From Myxococcota bacterium (GTDB lineage Bacteria > Myxococcota_A > UBA796 > GCA-2862545): 64,000 nt of DNA. A program made the position numbers and the translations under genes. The number at the start of each line of letters is the position of its first letter. The first letter of the stretch is position 1. Below the pieces are notes generated by a model. It saw nothing but the letters and a program-made list of their open reading frames with translations, ran no database searches and had not been told where the DNA came from. The stretch lies in assembly GCA_039208735.1 (NCBI GenBank), contig JBCCQY010000002.1, positions 111,429 to 175,428 of the forward strand. Direction: 5' to 3'. Shown piece after piece: positions 61,365 to 64,000 of this stretch.

Positions 61365-62624
61365 TCACGAAAAGAAGTCGAGCGGCGATAGATCCACCGT
61401 TGGAGGGTCATCGCTGCCGTCTCCGCCATCCCGTCCGCCACTGCCGCCGGAGCGGCTCGAATCGTTGCGCAATCGCTGATTCTCCTGCAGCGCCTTTAGG
61501 TTGTGCGTGACGCCCTCGAACTCCCAACCTTCGGGATCATCGATACGAGCCGAACCTGCCGCGGCTACGCTGGCGAGCAACGACCCCCGCCAGTCGTGAA
61601 ACACGGGGGTCCGCCCGGTATAGACCTCGCGCCACTGCTCCACAAGCCTGGATGGCGGGCGAACGAGCCCATCGTCGAGCCGGGACCCTTCCCAATTCCA
61701 CTCCAGGAGGCGGTTCGCCACCCGATCGGCCTGCTCGATCAGCGGCTTCATTGCGTCTGCAGACGGATAGGCCTCGCGCCATCGCTCCCAGGTCGGAGTC
61801 GCTTCGCCAGCTGCGGCTTGGCAAAGCGCCATTCGCACGGTTCGTGGTGGATAGGGACTCTGCGCTTCGGGTGCCTCATTGCGAATCGCCTCGGGCACAT
61901 CGGCAAGTTCGCAAGAAAGGGTCGCTGCGTAGCCATCCCCCAGGGTGGCCGCGGCAAACACATCGGCAAAACTCTCGCTGACCCACGCCGACCATGCAGG
62001 GTCGACGCCATCGGGAAGCAGGGCCTGAAGTTGGTCTGCGCCCCCCCGGGAGGCCACCAGGACGTGGGCGGCTTCGTGCACGACGAGCGCCAAGTCGGCC
62101 ACCGAACCCCTTAGTGACCATGGAACCCCGATCAATGGGACCGGAAGTTGGCTCAGCACCTCACGGAACGCCGCACCATGGCGCTCTCGCACCCCACTTA
62201 CCGAAAAGCTCCGGGTCATGGCGAAGGGCGCATGATCGGGGCTCAGATGAACCAGTGGAGGCACCGGTGCGGCCCGAGGATGAGGTTCCAGCACGATCCA
62301 CGCCAAATCATCTGCCGCGACCAACCAAATCTGATCCGTCTCGACTTCGCGCTGGTGCCAACGCCGGGTGAAATACGTCCAGACCGCACTGGCACGGTGG
62401 TACTGCCGGCGTCTTCGAGCGGCCTGCACAATCGGCGGGCCTTGCGGAGCTTGTTCGTCGAGCGTCTGCAGGAGCCAGTGCAGGCTCCCCGACACGGCTT
62501 TGATCTGGCTCTGGTGAGGCCTATAGGGAGGGTCACTCGCTCGCTTGACCCAGTCTTGGAGATCGCGAAGCAACCGTTCCCGCACGCGGCCGGCAACCAA
62601 CTCTGTGACGCGATGCAAGCTCAT
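61365..62624 (-). CDS. Putative gluzincin-type (HExxH...E) peptidase-like protein
   Basis: VVHEAAH followed by WVSESFAD and YPP..VR. AAGGAG RBS, no signal peptide. Confidence 0.72.
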   Translation of the reverse strand: MSLHRVTELVAGRVRERLLRDLQDWVKRASDPPYRPHQSQIKAVSGSLHWLLQTLDEQAPQGPPIVQAARRRRQYHRASAVWTYFTRRWHQREVETDQIWLVAADDLAWIVLEPHPRAAPVPPLVHLSPDHAPFAMTRSFSVSGVRERHGAAFREVLSQLPVPLIGVPWSLRGSVADLALVVHEAAHVLVASRGGADQLQALLPDGVDPAWSAWVSESFADVFAAATLGDGYAATLSCELADVPEAIRNEAPEAQSPYPPRTVRMALCQAAAGEATPTWERWREAYPSADAMKPLIEQADRVANRLLEWNWEGSRLDDGLVRPPSRLVEQWREVYTGRTPVFHDWRGSLLASVAAAGSARIDDPEGWEFEGVTHNLKALQENQRLRNDSSRSGGSGGRDGGDGSDDPPTVDLSPLDFFS

Positions 62625-62641
62625 CCGATGCTCCTTGCGCC

Positions 62642-62670
62642 ATCTTCAGAACCTCTGGCCATGGTGTCAA
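62642..62670 (-). promoter_or_regulatory. Putative sigma70 promoter for the peptidase operon
   Basis: Minus-strand TTGACA-N17-GAAGAT immediately upstream of the RBS. Confidence 0.5.
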
Positions 62671-62704
62671 CTCTGGACCTCGAGGGAATCCGTCGATGTT
62701 CACC

Positions 62705-62721
62705 ATTGAACCTTGTTCAAT
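62705..62721. promoter_or_regulatory. Palindromic candidate operator
   Basis: ATTGAAC-CTT-GTTCAAT, a perfect 7-bp inverted repeat. Confidence 0.45.
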
Positions 62722-62786
62722 CCGTACACGACCCGTGAACGGGACTCTGGGCGCCCTGCAGCATGTTGTCCGGATGCCCCGCATCC

Positions 62787-63776
62787 CTACCTGTCGCCCA
62801 ACCCCGACATCCATCTCGTCCGTTTCCTGCGGTCAATAGCCGACGACGTGGAGCGGGATTCACGAATTGTGACGGTTCTTGGCCAGACGACGAGGGCAAT
62901 CCCCGCAACCACAAACGGAGCGCCGAGGGCAAACGCCAAAGGCGGGACCTCACCAAGGAGGACCCAGGCCGCTACCGCCGCCGTAAACGGAAGGACCGGT
63001 CCCACAAACGCAACCACAACCGGCGGCAACAAACGACTCGACGTGCCAAGTCCCCACAACGGAGCCGCAGTGCTGATGACGCCGAGGGCGAGCATGGACC
63101 CGACCTCGAATGAGGTCCGAGGAGCAAGGGCTCCAAGCTGCGTAAAGGGTGCAACCAAGAACAGTCCGAGGCCCCAGAAGGAGGTCATGGCCGCGAGCAG
63201 GAACGCACCCGGTCGCACGCCTCGCTCCGCAAGACGGCTACGCCCGTAGACGAAGCATGCATTGAAGAACCCTGCCACCAATCCCCCCAAGGCCCCCATC
63301 GCCACCCCGTAGGCGCCTTCGTCGCCCGTCGTGGCACCTCGAATGGAAGGAAGCAGGGCGATCGCAGCCCCAAAGAGCGCAAAACCAACCCCCAACACCC
63401 GACGCCCATCGAGCGATTGACCCGCGATACGCTGGAAGATCAAGACCCAGGCGGGGGCCAACCCCACCATGAGCACCACCAATGAGACGGGGGCCAGCTG
63501 GAACGAAGCCACGGCTACGGTGAAGAACACCGTCATGCAAAGGGCCAAGCCGTGGACACGAAGCGATGTCAGGGCCTGCCACGCCGCCGCACGGTCGGGC
63601 TCGAGCCACCACGAGGCAGGGGCCAACACCAACAGCGCGACCCCCACGCGGCCCGCCGTCACCGCGAGAGGGTCCAACGCAATGAGCCATCGCACCCAAA
63701 TGCCCGTCATTGAAAAGCCAATGACCGTCAGCCCAAGGGCGAGGGTTCCGACCAGCGGGAATCGGTCACGCGACAT
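62787..63776 (-). CDS. DMT/EamA family transporter
   Basis: About 10 TM segments in two EamA repeats, AWVLLGE motif. Confidence 0.88.
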   Translation of the reverse strand: MSRDRFPLVGTLALGLTVIGFSMTGIWVRWLIALDPLAVTAGRVGVALLVLAPASWWLEPDRAAAWQALTSLRVHGLALCMTVFFTVAVASFQLAPVSLVVLMVGLAPAWVLIFQRIAGQSLDGRRVLGVGFALFGAAIALLPSIRGATTGDEGAYGVAMGALGGLVAGFFNACFVYGRSRLAERGVRPGAFLLAAMTSFWGLGLFLVAPFTQLGALAPRTSFEVGSMLALGVISTAAPLWGLGTSSRLLPPVVVAFVGPVLPFTAAVAAWVLLGEVPPLAFALGAPFVVAGIALVVWPRTVTIRESRSTSSAIDRRKRTRWMSGLGDR

Positions 63777-63850
63777 GAACCACCGAGTGCAGGCCGGCTC
63801 CGTAGCATTCGGAATAGACGGCGGGGCCCAGTGAACGTGGTTGTCGCAAG

Positions 63851-63890
63851 GAAAGGAAAACGCCGCCCGAGGAAGACCTGGGGCGGCGTT
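63851..63890 (-). terminator. Rho-independent terminator after the rRNA operon
   Basis: Minus-strand stem AACGCCGCCC/GGGCGGCGTT followed by TTCCTTTC. Confidence 0.85.
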
Positions 63891-63901
63891 TAGAAAAGGA
63901 A

Positions 63902-64000
63902 GCCGGCGATACCTACTCTCCCACAGGGTTCCCCCTGCAGTACCATCGGCGCACTAGGGCTTAACTTCCGAGTTCGGAATGGGATCGGGTGGGACCCCCG
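63902..64000 (-). rRNA. rrf: 5S rRNA (5' end beyond window)
   Basis: Reverse complement of conserved 5S segments: CCTACTCTCCC, CAGTACCATCGGCG, CTTAAC, GAGTTCGGAATGGGATCGGGTG. Confidence 0.96.

Overview
GC-rich bacterial chromosomal window. Gene content suggests Myxococcota or a related deltaproteobacterium (inference): many lipoproteins, TSP3 and DGxDNDCD repeat proteins, MYXO-CTERM-like tails, a TIGR02996 domain and a Ser/Thr kinase. The window runs from the 3' part of a monomeric isocitrate dehydrogenase gene to the 3' end of a minus-strand 5S rRNA and its terminator. About 50 CDS lie between: metabolic genes (Rieske-fused glutamate synthase-like FMN protein, benzoate-CoA ligase family, quinone oxidoreductase, purT), regulators and a large surface-protein complement. 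I saw no transposase, tRNA or CRISPR array. The three strongest candidates for undescribed biology are: (1) a nine-gene minus-strand locus (52384-62624) with three signal-peptide-less peptidases, a TIGR02147 protein, a sigma54 activator with its own downstream sigma54 promoter, a small orphan, a kinase-degenerate NTPase-TPR protein, a TIGR02996 protein and a macrodomain; (2) a HEAT-HExxH-VWA giant protein plus MoxR ATPase (9348-15562) preceded by about 850 nt of hairpin-dense non-coding DNA with minus-strand UUCG/GNRA tetraloops; (3) a TSP3-repeat ORF (43413-47531) that looks like a two-unit polyprotein with an internal sorting signal and an internal signal peptide. Start codons were chosen by eye from RBS context. 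Family names come from motif recognition, not database searches.
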